Shown here piece by piece: positions 1-11,572 of a stretch of 53,287 bases of DNA (position 1 is the first letter of the stretch; each line of letters opens with the position of its first letter). The stretch is from the NCBI GenBank assembly GCA_029717555.1, contig JAMDHS010000044.1:124001-177287 (forward strand). The letters run 5' to 3'. Source of the DNA: Peribolospora baueri. Its lineage: Eukaryota. A program made the position numbers and the translations under genes. A model generated the notes under the pieces. That model did not search any database. It saw only the letters and a program-made list of their open reading frames with translations, and was not told the origin of the DNA.

Positions 1-310
1 GCGACGGCCCCGCGTGCGGAGCACCTGCCTCGCTGAGGCGGCGCTCGAACATGAGCGCCGCCTGGCGGACCCGACTGGTCGGCGGCGGTGGTGGTGGCGG
101 CGGCGACAGCGAGGATGAGACGGCGCAGAAGGAAGAGTCACGAGCTGTCGCGGCGGCGGGCGTGTCGGAGGGGGACGAAGGGGAGAAGGAGGGGCCGGGG
201 GAGGAGGGAGAGGAAAGCGATCGGACGCGGGTCGTTGTCGGGGGAGTAGCGGGTCGGCGTAGCGTGTCGGCAGACGATGGAGGGGGAGGAGGTACGGTGG
301 CTGCTGCCAT
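1..310 (-). CDS. 5' part of a gene running off the window edge; Ser/Pro-rich low-complexity N-terminus, product unknown
   Basis: ATG at 310 follows a pyrimidine-rich leader. The frame is open to position 1: MAAATVPPPPPSSADTLRRP...RVRQAALMFERRLSEAG. Confidence 0.55.
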   Translation of the reverse strand, partial: MAAATVPPPPPSSADTLRRPATPPTTTRVRSLSSPSSPGPSFSPSSPSDTPAAATARDSSFCAVSSSLSPPPPPPPPTSRVRQAALMFERRLSEAGAPHAGPS

Positions 311-759
311 GCGATACGGCGTGAAGCGGCCCGAGGTATAGAAGACGGCAGAGGGGGTTGGTAAAGGATAGTGGAGGAGGAGGAGGAGGGGCTGGGACGA
401 AGGTGGTGGTGGCCACTAATACCGACCGCTCCGTCACTGGCGCTCGGTCGCCTTGCCGCAGAAGACGCCGCTAATTAAGGAGCGTGAACGGACTACATTG
501 GAATCTTTCGCCCGTCAGTCGGGTCAGTGAACAGAACACAAAAACCACAGGCGTCGCCTAGAGTCTTCTTTGTCTGCTCCTCGCACCCCTGCTTTCACTC
601 TCATGTCGGGCCGCTCTCTCGTCCATGTCCATCACAGCGGCGAGCACGAATTCAATCGGATAGATCCGCCATACGGCATGAATTTCACCTAGGGGCACAG
701 TGCAGAGGGGAATGTAGAATAAGACTACATAATGGCCAGATCGTTCCAGAATACTAGCT

Positions 760-1635
<876 letters not shown>

Positions 1636-1927
1636 CTAGACGGCGTGAACGCGTTGGGGGGGGGGTGGGGGCGAGCGACGGGGCGAGGGAGAATGTGGAG
1701 ACGGCGCGTGGGTGAGGATTCTCGTCCTCGAACAGTCCTTATCCGACGGACGAAGGCGGCTACGACTACGAAGACGGTGCTGACGATGGCGACGCACCTT
1801 GACTCCGTCTAATCAACCGTCGGTTTGTTGATGTCCTTGAGGGAGCTTGGAGAGGAAAGAAGACAGCGAAGAAAAAGCGAGACGTCAGGTCGACTTCTGT
1901 TCGGACGTCGCGTATGCGAGCTGGGCG

Positions 1928-1988
1928 GCTCGCGCACTCCGCTCGCGCACGCTAACAGCCGCGTGCGCGAGATATAACCCTAACCCTA
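1928..1988. promoter_or_regulatory. Putative RPS31/bidirectional promoter elements: repeated and palindromic CTCGCGCAC sites plus a telomere-like (TAACCC)2 box
   Basis: GCTCGCGCAC occurs at 1928 and 1941. There is a perfect 11-bp inverted repeat at 1942-1952/1961-1971 and TAACCCTAACCCTA at 1975-1988. The block sits between pyrimidine-rich TSS-like tracts on both strands (~1850-1880 minus, ~2000-2030 plus). Confidence 0.5.
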
Positions 1989-2429
1989 TAATCGACGCGT
2001 TCCTCCCTCTTTCATACCACCGTCTCTTCCATAGCAGCCCGTCTGATCGCTTCCACCACACCGTCGTCGTCGTCGTTGACTACACCTTGTTGACTTTCTG
2101 CTCGACCCAGCTCGATTAGAATGTTTTTCGAGAAAGTCGAAGTTTTGGCTTGTCTTCAAAGATGAGCCTGAAGCCGGCTCACCAGCCGCGGCGACTCATC
2201 GGCGACCTTCTTGTGAAACGACGGGCCATGTCCTGGACTTGCCCTCCCGGTACGCGTGAGGTAGGCGTCGCTGTCAGGGGCCCGCCGCAGTAGGGTCGCG
2301 CAGCGTATATATACCGCCCCTCTCCCCCCTGCTCGGGTAAAGAAGGACAAGAGACGACTACCAACATCAGCATCACAGAGCAAGCCTCCACCATAACCTG
2401 TGTCGCACCCGTACCTTCTCATTTCATAG

Positions 2430-2698
2430 CTGGTGGACCTCGAGCGGGTCATCTGTTCTCACCCGTCGAGCTGGCGCGGCGGTTTTAAACGTAAGATCAG
2501 CTGTCGTGGAACACACTCCCCATCGTTCCTCCGCTTCCTAGTGTTCATAGCATATATACGCCCCACGTGTATTCCTCATTGTTCAACGAGGTGAGAGTGA
2601 AATGTTGAGGGGAAGGGAATGACCAGATAGCCTGGCCCTGCGACCAATGTTCGCCAGCTCCGACGGGTGAGAGAGACGACCCGCTGGAGGTCTAACAG
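2430..2698 (+). ncRNA. Candidate structured non-coding RNA (long imperfect hairpin enclosing a multibranch domain); identity unresolved
   Basis: 2430-2476 pairs with 2652-2698 (~40 bp with a few bulges and mismatches). There is no credible ORF. G-U pairs in the inner helices favour the + strand. Confidence 0.45.
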
Positions 2699-3115
2699 AG
2701 TTCACTCTCCCACTAGAGCGGCCGGACCGCTGTCATGACTCCCGGTTTGCGTACAAGTGAAAGAAAGCATGTTCTTGGCGATCACAGCAATGTACATTGA
2801 CCAAAAGGGAGACGAACGAGAAAGAGAACGACGTGAGAACGTCGGAGCGGAAAAGTCGTCCTCCCTGACACTGCCGGCGGGTGTGGAGAGCGGAGGGGAA
2901 AGTGGGAGATATGTACATGCAAGGCTGCGCGTCGCACGAAGAACGTTGATGACGTACGACGAACAGTCGAGCCGTACGAGGTAGTTTTGCCGGGCACTAC
3001 TCCTTTGTGCCGCTGAGGTCGCAGCTAAACGGCAACAAGAGACGGAGGGGAAAGAGGACCGCTGTCCTGCAGCGGAGTTGGGAAGAAGGCATGATGACCA
3101 AACCGAGTCCTCTCT

Positions 3116-4541
3116 CTATGCCCTTCTCTCCATCTCCTCCCTCCCCTGCTGCTCCTTCCTCCAGCGCAAGCGCCAAGGCCAACTCCTTTCTTGCTCCTTA
3201 ACCGGTGGCGTATCGGATGGAGCACCGTCAGTCAGCGGCGGGCCGAGATCAACGACGGTCATTTCAGTCGCCTGCGGTCCGCCGGCCTGCTTTTCGTCCG
3301 CGAGGCGAAAGTCCACTGCTCCCGCGCCGTAGCCGGGTAGACGGGCGGCGATATAGGACGGAAGGTAGGCATTTGGGTCGTAGACAGAGGGAGTGGGGAC
3401 TACGGGGAGGGTGATCACTAGGTCGGCGCTGATGCGAAGGGAGGGGTGTCAGCGGGTATGAGCGCAGAGGAAGAGGGAGGAGCGAGTTCAGCATCCAGTC
3501 GAGGTACGTCAAGCGCGTCAGGCAGGCGCAGGAGAACGTTGTATACCCACTGAGCCCTGGCAAAGGAACTCGGCCGGATGTTCCACGTTACCGCGAAATG
3601 CGGTCCGCGAGCTGCATCCGCAGCTGTGAACTGACGAACCAAGCCGTTTGTCTTGACCTTGGCCTGATGACATGAAGCGAGAAAGACGATCGATCGCACC
3701 GGGTCAGTCAAGTCCGGGGAGAACCGGTTCGGGAGCCCAACGAGCGTTCGAAAACGGGGAGCGCTACCGAGCTTACCATGCGATTCCAGACGAGCACGGG
3801 AACCCAGAAGACAATGAAGATGCCAAAAAGGATGCCAAAGCCGATGAGCCGGGCCGTGGCAAAGTGCATGCCGTGGTTGTTCAGGATGGCTCTGTCGGCG
3901 ACACTGATTAGGGGCCAGGGGCTGTGTCGGTGCGTGCACATCGCGGCGAAGGATAGGAGGGCGGTGGACAATGTGTTCAGCAATGGGACGCAACGTAAAA
4001 TTGACGTCGAAAAAGGAAGGAAGAGGCTTACAGGATGAGGGTGGCCAGAACTGCGGGGTACGTAAGACGGGGTTCGTCAAGATAAAAAACGCATTCACGA
4101 GGCGACGAGGACGAAACCAAAGAAAGCGTCGACGACACCACGATGAGCTGCGAAAAGGAGCCACCTGTCCGTCCCTCGCTACTCACGCGCGACGACGGTC
4201 CAGACGCGCTCAAAGACTGTATCAGACGACGGGCGGAGAGCGGCGTAAAGGGTTAGCAAAGTCGCGGGGTCCGCTCCGGTCGCTGCTTTCTTATGACATC
4301 GTCCTCCCCTCTCTTCGAGCGCGAACCACGCCGGGCGGTGGAGACACTCACGGCTCCACTCCCACCGCCTAAGGACCCTCATCAAACCCCCGACGCGACT
4401 GTACCACTCCTCCTGTCCGAGGTACGCCGCGAGCTCGAACGGCAGCGGAGGGGGCTGTTTCTGCTGTTTGGTGAGCGTGACGACCAGTTCGTTGTGGCGA
4501 CGGTGGTAGGGGAGGCGGTAGTTGAGCGTCGCCGTTGACAT
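3116..4541 (-). CDS. Hypothetical membrane protein (about two TM segments), 6 exons
   Basis: From ATG 4541, five GT-AG introns give an unbroken frame: MSTATLNYRLP...WEWS|LFERVWTVVA|LLATLIL|PWPLISVAD...LIGFGILFGIFIVFWVPVLVWNRM|AKVKTNG...|HADLVITLPVVPTPSVYDPNAYLPSYI...stop 3116. Confidence 0.75.
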
Positions 4542-6221
4542 TTTCCGTGGGCAGTCGGGTAGGTGGGGCCGGGTGAGTGTAATTGGACGTGCGAAAATAG
4601 GATAGGTACGACAGGATTTCACTCCGCTGGCGGGTCGCCTGATGTCGCGTTCAAACGACGAAAGAGCGCGAAGAGGCGATGAGAGAGAGAGGTGAACGAG
4701 ATGCCTGATCTCTGAGCAACCAGTGTAGATCTTTCCAGAGGGCAGGTGATGTTGATGTGAGGGTGCGTAAAGACTGTGACGCTGTCCGGACGGAAGGGTC
4801 GAGCGAAGCAAGGGAGTTAGGACAGTGCCGGAGACGACAAAGGCCGTGCAAGTTGGGAGTGTGGCGGCCGGTGCTGTCTTCGAAAAACAAGGGAAAGAGA
4901 CAAAGAGTGCGGGACAAAGGAGTGAATCGCTCCACAAAGCCCCGAAGAAAGGCGAACCGTGCGTCAACGGGTGGACCAGCCGGGAAGAAGAAAAGGCGCT
5001 CTGGTAGTTGGTGGTGGTGAGGGAAAAAAGTGAGAAGGGGGGCGACGAGACGATGGAGAGAAGGGAAGAGATTTGTCTATGAAGCTGGGCTCTTGTTTGA
5101 GCGCGTCAGTCACTTGTCCCGATATCGCAGCGGACCAAACAAGAGCTGGGCAGCGCTGACGTTGATACGGTCAGCCTGCCAACCAACCAACCGACGTCGC
5201 TCGCCGTAATCGCTCAGCCCTGCCCTGCCTGCCGCACGGTCAACAACGGACGGCGTTGGGTGTTGTTGCACGTCACGTAGCTCAAACGAGTCGCCATCTT
5301 TCGCCCGGTCCATCGAAATAGGAGCTGTCACCCTGTCCGGCGCAGGTGGTTGTTGGACGACAAGCCGTGACGACGACGACGGGTCGCCAGGGGAACCAAC
5401 CGCTCTGGTCAGGGCGATCGCCTGCGGCGACGGCGAACTGCGTCATTGACATCCCTGTTCCTGTCGCCTGCCGCAGCCAGCTCTGGATTGCATTGTGATA
5501 GTTTGCCAAGATCCCACACGTTGCCTCTGGCTTGGCACGTGCGTGTATGTGTGACACGTGCTCGCGCTGCTTGTCCCTGTCCGGTCTTCGTGTCCGAGCT
5601 ACGGTCCGGCTCGACCAAACGAAGGCAAAGCGAAGAGGCGTACGGAGAAGAAGACAGTCGACTCGCCGAAAGGAAGGCCGAAAGGCAGGGCGCGAAGAGA
5701 TGGACGAAAAAGAGTTCTTTCAGGTAGAAGTAAGAAACGATAGATAGGACGATGACGACGAGGAGAAGATCGCGGAGGTGGGGCCTGAACAAGCAAAAAA
5801 GCAGAGGGTAAGGGGATGGATGGAGGGGTAACTCGATGGAGGGATGGATGGATGGCTGGCTAGCAGACGGACGGACAGACGGACTGACGGACTGACTTCG
5901 ATAGACATCTGAGGTGAGGCAGGTGAAGTGGGGTGACGTGAAGCCATGACATGACGGACTGGTGTATGTGGTGAGAGGAAGGAGTGGTTCGGTGACGACG
6001 ACCGCGATCCGCTGAGCGACGCTGGCGCCAGCCGTTCGTTCGGACGATCGAAAAAGGGCAAACAAAGGGGAGGGCGAGAAGAGCTGGGGGGAAAGAAACA
6101 CGCAGATGCGCGCGAGTAAAACCTAAATTACGACGGCGATATGGAAAGATGAAAAAAAAGAGAGGAAAGACGACGCCACGCTCCCGGCGCTGGGCTGGGC
6201 TCCTCGTCCTAACCTTCCCGG

Positions 6222-9130
6222 CTACCCATCCATCTCGACGTCTCCGCCTGGCGCCTGCAACTCATGCTGCTGCTGCTGCTGCCGGTGGTGGTGCTGTGCA
6301 CGATGGTGGTGCGACTCTCCATCCTCATCCATCCGCTGCACCTGCTGCCCTCTTCCTTCTCCTCCTCCTCCACCACGGGCCTCACTACTTCCTTCTCTTT
6401 CCCTCTCCCTCCTCCTCGACTTTTTTCCCTCCTTCGCCGCCGCCATATCCCGATCACGATCGTTCTGAACCTCCGAACCACGACCGTCCGTCTGCTTCTC
6501 CCTCCTCCGCTCATGCTCACGTTCCCTTTCCCCTTCACGCTCGCCGCCAGATCTAGGGGACGACGACGATGCCGGTGGGTGTTCCAACGAGGAAGGCAAG
6601 CCAGGCACGCCGATGCCGGCGCCAGAAGCATAGACGAGCAACTGATCGGCATACCGCTGCATCTCCTCCAGAGGGATTACGAGGGAAAAGTCGTTGAGGA
6701 GGAGGAATTGCAGTTCCAGTTGGTTGAGCTCGTGCAGAGGAAGCCCGCCGACCTGCGTTGTGCGTGGAAGGGATAAGGAGACGGTGAGGGACTAAAATCA
6801 GCCAACCAGGGACCCGAACGGAGACGACAAAGGGAAAACGACGGCACGGCGACGAAATCGGGGCGTACCTTGGCATAGCGGCTATTGGTGTAGAAAACGT
6901 CGCTGAAAAACTTGCTAGCGACGGTCACGCCAGCGATGACGAGTCGGTGAACGTTGTAACTGTCGATGGCAAAGCCTCTCTTCGGAGTCGAGGAGGATGA
7001 TGCCTTATCCTTATTGTCCGCGCCCGCGCCGCCACCAGCTGAATCCATGCCGCCAAGTTTCGACAATCCCTCGCCAGCTTCCCTCTCCGTGTTGGCGCTG
7101 CCGGCGGTGGCATTGCTTCCCCTTCTGCTCCCGCTCCCGCTCCCATGGCCCGAACTGTGTGGCCCACCAAGACCTCTCCGACTCATACGATCAAAGTAGA
7201 CAAGCAAGCTCAAAAACACCTCGTTGGTCGTCGGGCAGTATTTGAGGATGCGCAGAAGATACGCCTCGATAGAGATGCTGGGCACGTTTCGAGCGTGGAA
7301 GCATAGCGTAGAGGAGGGCGCGCGGAGCGCCGTTTGTGCCGCCGTCGTAGGTCGTTTCGTGAGAGGGGCGGGCGCGGCGGTGGTGGAGGGGAAGGAAGAG
7401 GACTGAAGGTAGGGTGGCCCCGTCTGACTTAAGGAAGCGAGGGAAGAAGAGGAGGAAGAGGAGGGGAACTCGCCGAACGTAGCGCTAGTGACGCTGGTGG
7501 GGAAGCCGCCGGATGCTGTCGCCCCCCCATCCGAATGACCCGTCGAAGGCCCCCGTCGATCCTCCTTCCTCCCCTGTCCATCTGTGGAGGGCTCAGCGGC
7601 CCTCTCCTTCCGCTTCCCATCGCTACTCTCCTTCCTGCTCTTCTTGCTCGGACCTTCCATCCCTCCCGATCCCGCACCGCCACTACCTTGTTGAGGCCTC
7701 AAAGCATCGTTGGCACTAGCGATCTGCTGTAAAAGCATAGCAAGGATGCGAAGGAGGTCATGTGTAGGGAAGGTGGCCAGGTGGAGGTGCGGAGGCGAGA
7801 CCTGTCGAGGTTTCTTTTCGTCGACGACGTCAACGGCAGACGAGGGATCAGAGGACGAAGAAGATGTAGATGAAGAAGCGGAACGAGATCGGGGTCGTCG
7901 AAGGCGGTGGGAGGCAGAGTGATGCGAGCTGGAGGCCGACTGGGAGCGATGACCGCGATGACCGGCAGAGGAGGACCTCATTCGAGACTGTGAGCGAGTA
8001 GATCCAGGGTCTCCACGGTGCCCGTCGGGCACGTCCCTCGTCTGACCCTCGTCTTCTGCTCCACCGCGGCCGCGGTGCGAAGGAGAAGCGCCCTTTCCAT
8101 CGCGGACGCGTCCTACCATATCGTCCATCCTGGAGGCCTGCGCAGCGAAGGAACTGGAACTGGCGTACCGGTCGGACGAAGAAACGGAAGACGACAAGAA
8201 AGCTGCGGATCGAGGCGACTTTGACGAGTCACCTGCGGCCGCGCCCGAAGAGGCTGCCAAGGACGACGAAAAGGCCGAGGAGGAAGCGGTGGCTGCCATG
8301 GGCGACGAGACGAACCCACCTGGTATAGCAGGAGACGACGCGGTTCGAGGTGCGACTCCGCCGCCCTGCTCAGTCCAATCCACGTCCATGGCCTCCTCGT
8401 CCGTGCTTGCCTTCCGAGAAGGGTTGCTGGACACGGGGACCGAGTCCGAACCGGAAGGCTCGCGAGGCCTGGAGACCGTTGCAGAGCGCGATGCGCTCGA
8501 GTTCAAGCTCGAGCCGCCACCCACATTCGCTCCAGTGGCCCCATCGACACCTGGGTGAAGGAGGCCTTCGCGGCCTGCCATTTCCGGAAGGCTCGCGGCC
8601 GCGGCATCCTCCGCTCGCGCCGCGTTGACGGCGTCAGCGGGCGCGGTGTCGGTACCATTAAGACGAGGAGCGGCGGTGGTCGAATAGACAAGATGGTTGG
8701 CAACCTTGGAAGGATGAGGGTGAGCGTGGCCAAAGGACGAGGAGGCGGAGGTGGAAGGGACGAACACGCCGCATCCGTCCATTGGAGGACTGGTGTTGCT
8801 GCTACTCGCGCTGCGCTCCAGACGATCTGTACCGCTACCGCTGCCAGACGTGTCCGTAGATGCGGAGGAAAGCGAGGAAGCGGAGGCCAGACTCTGCGAC
8901 TGTGACGTAGAACGGGGGGACGGAGGGTAGGAGGCGGAAGGCAAGCGGGGGTCGTGGGCACGGGGACGGTGTTGCTGTTGCTGGTGCTGGTGCTGCCCAA
9001 GCGGGCGTGAGTGGTGCGCTGGGGAGGGCGCCGGAGACGAGGAGAGAGGGGAGCGGGTGGGAAGCGGAGCAGGATAAGATGGGACGGCGGCGATGGCGGC
9101 GGAGGAGGACGAGGGCGAGGTGGACAGCAT
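6222..9130 (-). CDS. Pho85-type cyclin of the Pho80/Pcl6/Pcl7 family with long disordered N-terminus
   Basis: Cyclin-box motifs FHARNVPSISIEAYLLRILKYCP...LLVYFDRM and IDSYNVHRLVIAGVTVASKFFSDVFYTNSRYAK|VGGLPLHELNQLELQFLLLNDF. One intron at 6868-6753. Confidence 0.93.
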
Positions 9131-10331
9131 CCTGCGCCGGATCTCGGAGAGGACACGTGGAGCCGGCGGTGGTCTTCAAGTTGGGACGATATCCGACTTG
9201 GTGACGGTATGATCAGCGTCAGTCGTCGGCGAGGGATGAGATGGGGGTATCTAAGCTTGAGAGGCGAGGTCGAAAATGGGTGTGGTCTCGTCTGTCTATA
9301 TAGCGACGAAAGAGGGAGTCTTGCGGCGGATGCCGACCGAGGTGAGCAGCGCGAGTTGGACGAGACGAGAGCGATTGCCGGACGCTCGCGGAGAAGAGGA
9401 GACGAGGCGGCGAGGGGACTGCGACCCGATTCGATTCGAATCGTGGTGTGCTCTCGTTCGCGGAGCGGAGCCGTGGTTGTGGTAGTTGGTTGTGTGATTG
9501 TGTGGTTGTGGTTGAGTCTGTGAATGAGAATGTGAATGTGAATGTGTGTGTCTGCTTGCGCCCTCGACCGCACGCGTGACGCGGGTGGTGCGAGCGCAGC
9601 ACGACGCAGCGGAGAGCCCGGATGGGTGGGCGGGGGTGAAGATGGGAGATGGAGATGGAGATGGAGGAAAGGATGAAGAAGACAAGGCGAGGATGAGGAT
9701 GATCTCGACTCGACTCGACTCGTCTCTCATCCGTCTGTCTGTCTGTGCGACCCTCCACCGACGACCGACTTGGCTCCGCCGGTTTTCTCCTTATTGAGCA
9801 GCCGTCCTCGAACGTGCCCACCGCCTATCTCCGCCATCTCCGCTTCCCTTGCATGTCGTCGCACGTGGGCCCACCAACTACGTCGCCGACCATCCCGATC
9901 TCCCGACGGCCCGACGTCGGGATCGCCGAACACAGACACAGACACACACACGCATAAGGGGCACTCATGGAGGCGGTCCCTTCGAGATGAGCGTCGTCGA
10001 TGAGCGTCGCATCGGAACGCAAACCGGATTTCATACTCGTCCTCGGCATGGCCTCCCCATCCACCTTCGCCCAACAGTCGGGCACACGTCCCCTCAGCTA
10101 GAAGTGCGATCAGAAGCACAGTGGCATGCAAAGGGATTAGAAAAAGCATCACCGCGTTCCGATGCGCGGGGCTCGAAGGGGCCGTATTCTTTGGACGTGG
10201 CGACCGATGCCGTCTTGTTCTTCATCGTCCAATGCTGCGACCCTTGTGATGCCGAGCGGCCGGCTGTTGGACGATACCGGCTGCTTGCAAACAAAGCAGC
10301 CTGGCATACGATGCGTGCCTTCCTCCACTCG

Positions 10332-11412
10332 TTACGACGACGACGACTCCTTGACCCAACCTCCGGCATCATACTCAGGCCCCTCCACCGCCTTGCTCAC
10401 CAGCTCGGCAAACGCCCTCACTTCCTCCGCCTCATCCGGCCCGATCCTCAGCCCCATCCTCAGCAGCTCTCTCTCCGACACTGTTCGTCCCGCTCCCCGT
10501 CCTCCAGTCACGCCCACTCCTGCCCACCCGTTTCCATGTCCTCCCCCACCCTCGTCGCCTAGTCCTCTTGCAGGGAGGAGGGAGGGATGGACCTGTGGGA
10601 CGGCGCGTGGCCGCGAGACGGAGCCGACGCCTAGGATGAGCTCCAATGCAGACCGGCGCGCGGCTTCGGTGGGGAGAGCGTCGATGGAGGACAGCACTCG
10701 CGGCAAAGAGGCCGACGAGGTGAGCAGGCGACGGAGGCCGGGATCGGTCGCTGTGTGGGCGCAGGGGCGGTCGACGGGCAGGCGGGCGGTCAGCGAGCAT
10801 ACGATATGCGGCACAGATCGACGCCGACTCGACTCGATTCGTCGTCACTCGCCTATTCTCATGAATTCACTTCGCCTCAACGGCTTGGGGTCGTTCTTGT
10901 AGAGCGGGTCCGTGTAGATCGAATCGTCTGGCTCTGGAGGCCATGCGAGCTCTGACAGCGCTCGGAGGCGTGGAGTTGGGGACAGTGGAGCTACCGGGGA
11001 AAGAGGGGATGAAATGTGAGAAAAAGTCGTTTGGAAGAAAAGCCGCTCGTCGCTTTCAGCTAGCCCCTTCGGTCGCGCACTTGCACACCTTCGGAACCGA
11101 TCTCCTCCTCATCCAAGCCGTCCATGTCCATGGCGGAAGAGGAGCGCACAGGCGTTGCTGCCCCCGATGTGCCGTCTGAAACGGAGGGAGGGGGAACGAG
11201 GCAGGAGTCTGTCTTGTGCTTCTTGTAGCACGGCACTGAGCAGCTGTAAGAGGCGAGAAGGGTGGAAGACGGTGTCAGCGCAGGAAGGGGAGCACGATTG
11301 CGGCCAGACTCGAGACTCACTACTGCACCCTCTTACACCCCGGGCATTTGTACTTTGCCTCGTTCTCCAAGCACACCTGACAGACTTGCGCTGCCTTTCT
11401 CTTCGGCGCCAT
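10332..11412 (-). CDS. HIT1: HIT-type zinc finger protein (Hit1/ZNHIT3-like, box C/D snoRNP assembly)
   Basis: MAPKRKAAQVCQVCLENEAKYKCPGCKRVQY|CSVPCYKKHK matches the zf-HIT pattern. Downstream exons read WPPEPDDSIYTDPLYKNDPKPL...|ATDPGLRRLL...VRAFAELV. Three introns, one of them GC-AG. Confidence 0.85.
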
Positions 11413-11572
11413 GTCCACTGGTGACGATGCGATGGTGTTGGGAGACACGAGTGGGTCCACTAAAAGGTCGCATTTCAGAACCACCCTCTCCTCGTCGCCG
11501 CAGCCGATCGTCTTCTTGAGATTGTCCTCGCTCCCCGTTCCAATCGTCCCTCGTATTCACCACCTCGCTGCC

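Noticed and set aside
1991..2460. Fragments resembling U3 (ATCGACG, TCATTTC.ATAG), U2 (ATCTGTTCT) and RNase MRP (GAAAGTC)
   Set aside because: These are isolated short matches lacking the required partner motifs (boxes C/D, the GTGTAGTA branch-pairing region, CR-V).
2487..2650. snR30/U17-like motifs (AAAC|CAT after splicing, TATTCCT)
   Set aside because: The motifs are in the wrong order for snR30, and there is no properly spaced ACA box or canonical H box.
5806..5895. GGAT and GACG/GACT short tandem repeats
   Set aside because: Ordinary degenerate microsatellites in a 3'UTR; no spacer structure, so not a CRISPR-like array.
8503..10562. Long Arg/Pro/Ser-rich ORFs upstream of and overlapping the cyclin gene
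   Set aside because: Low-complexity, stop-poor GC-rich UTR or promoter sequence with no recognisable domains. The cyclin frame itself has an in-frame stop at 9178-9176.
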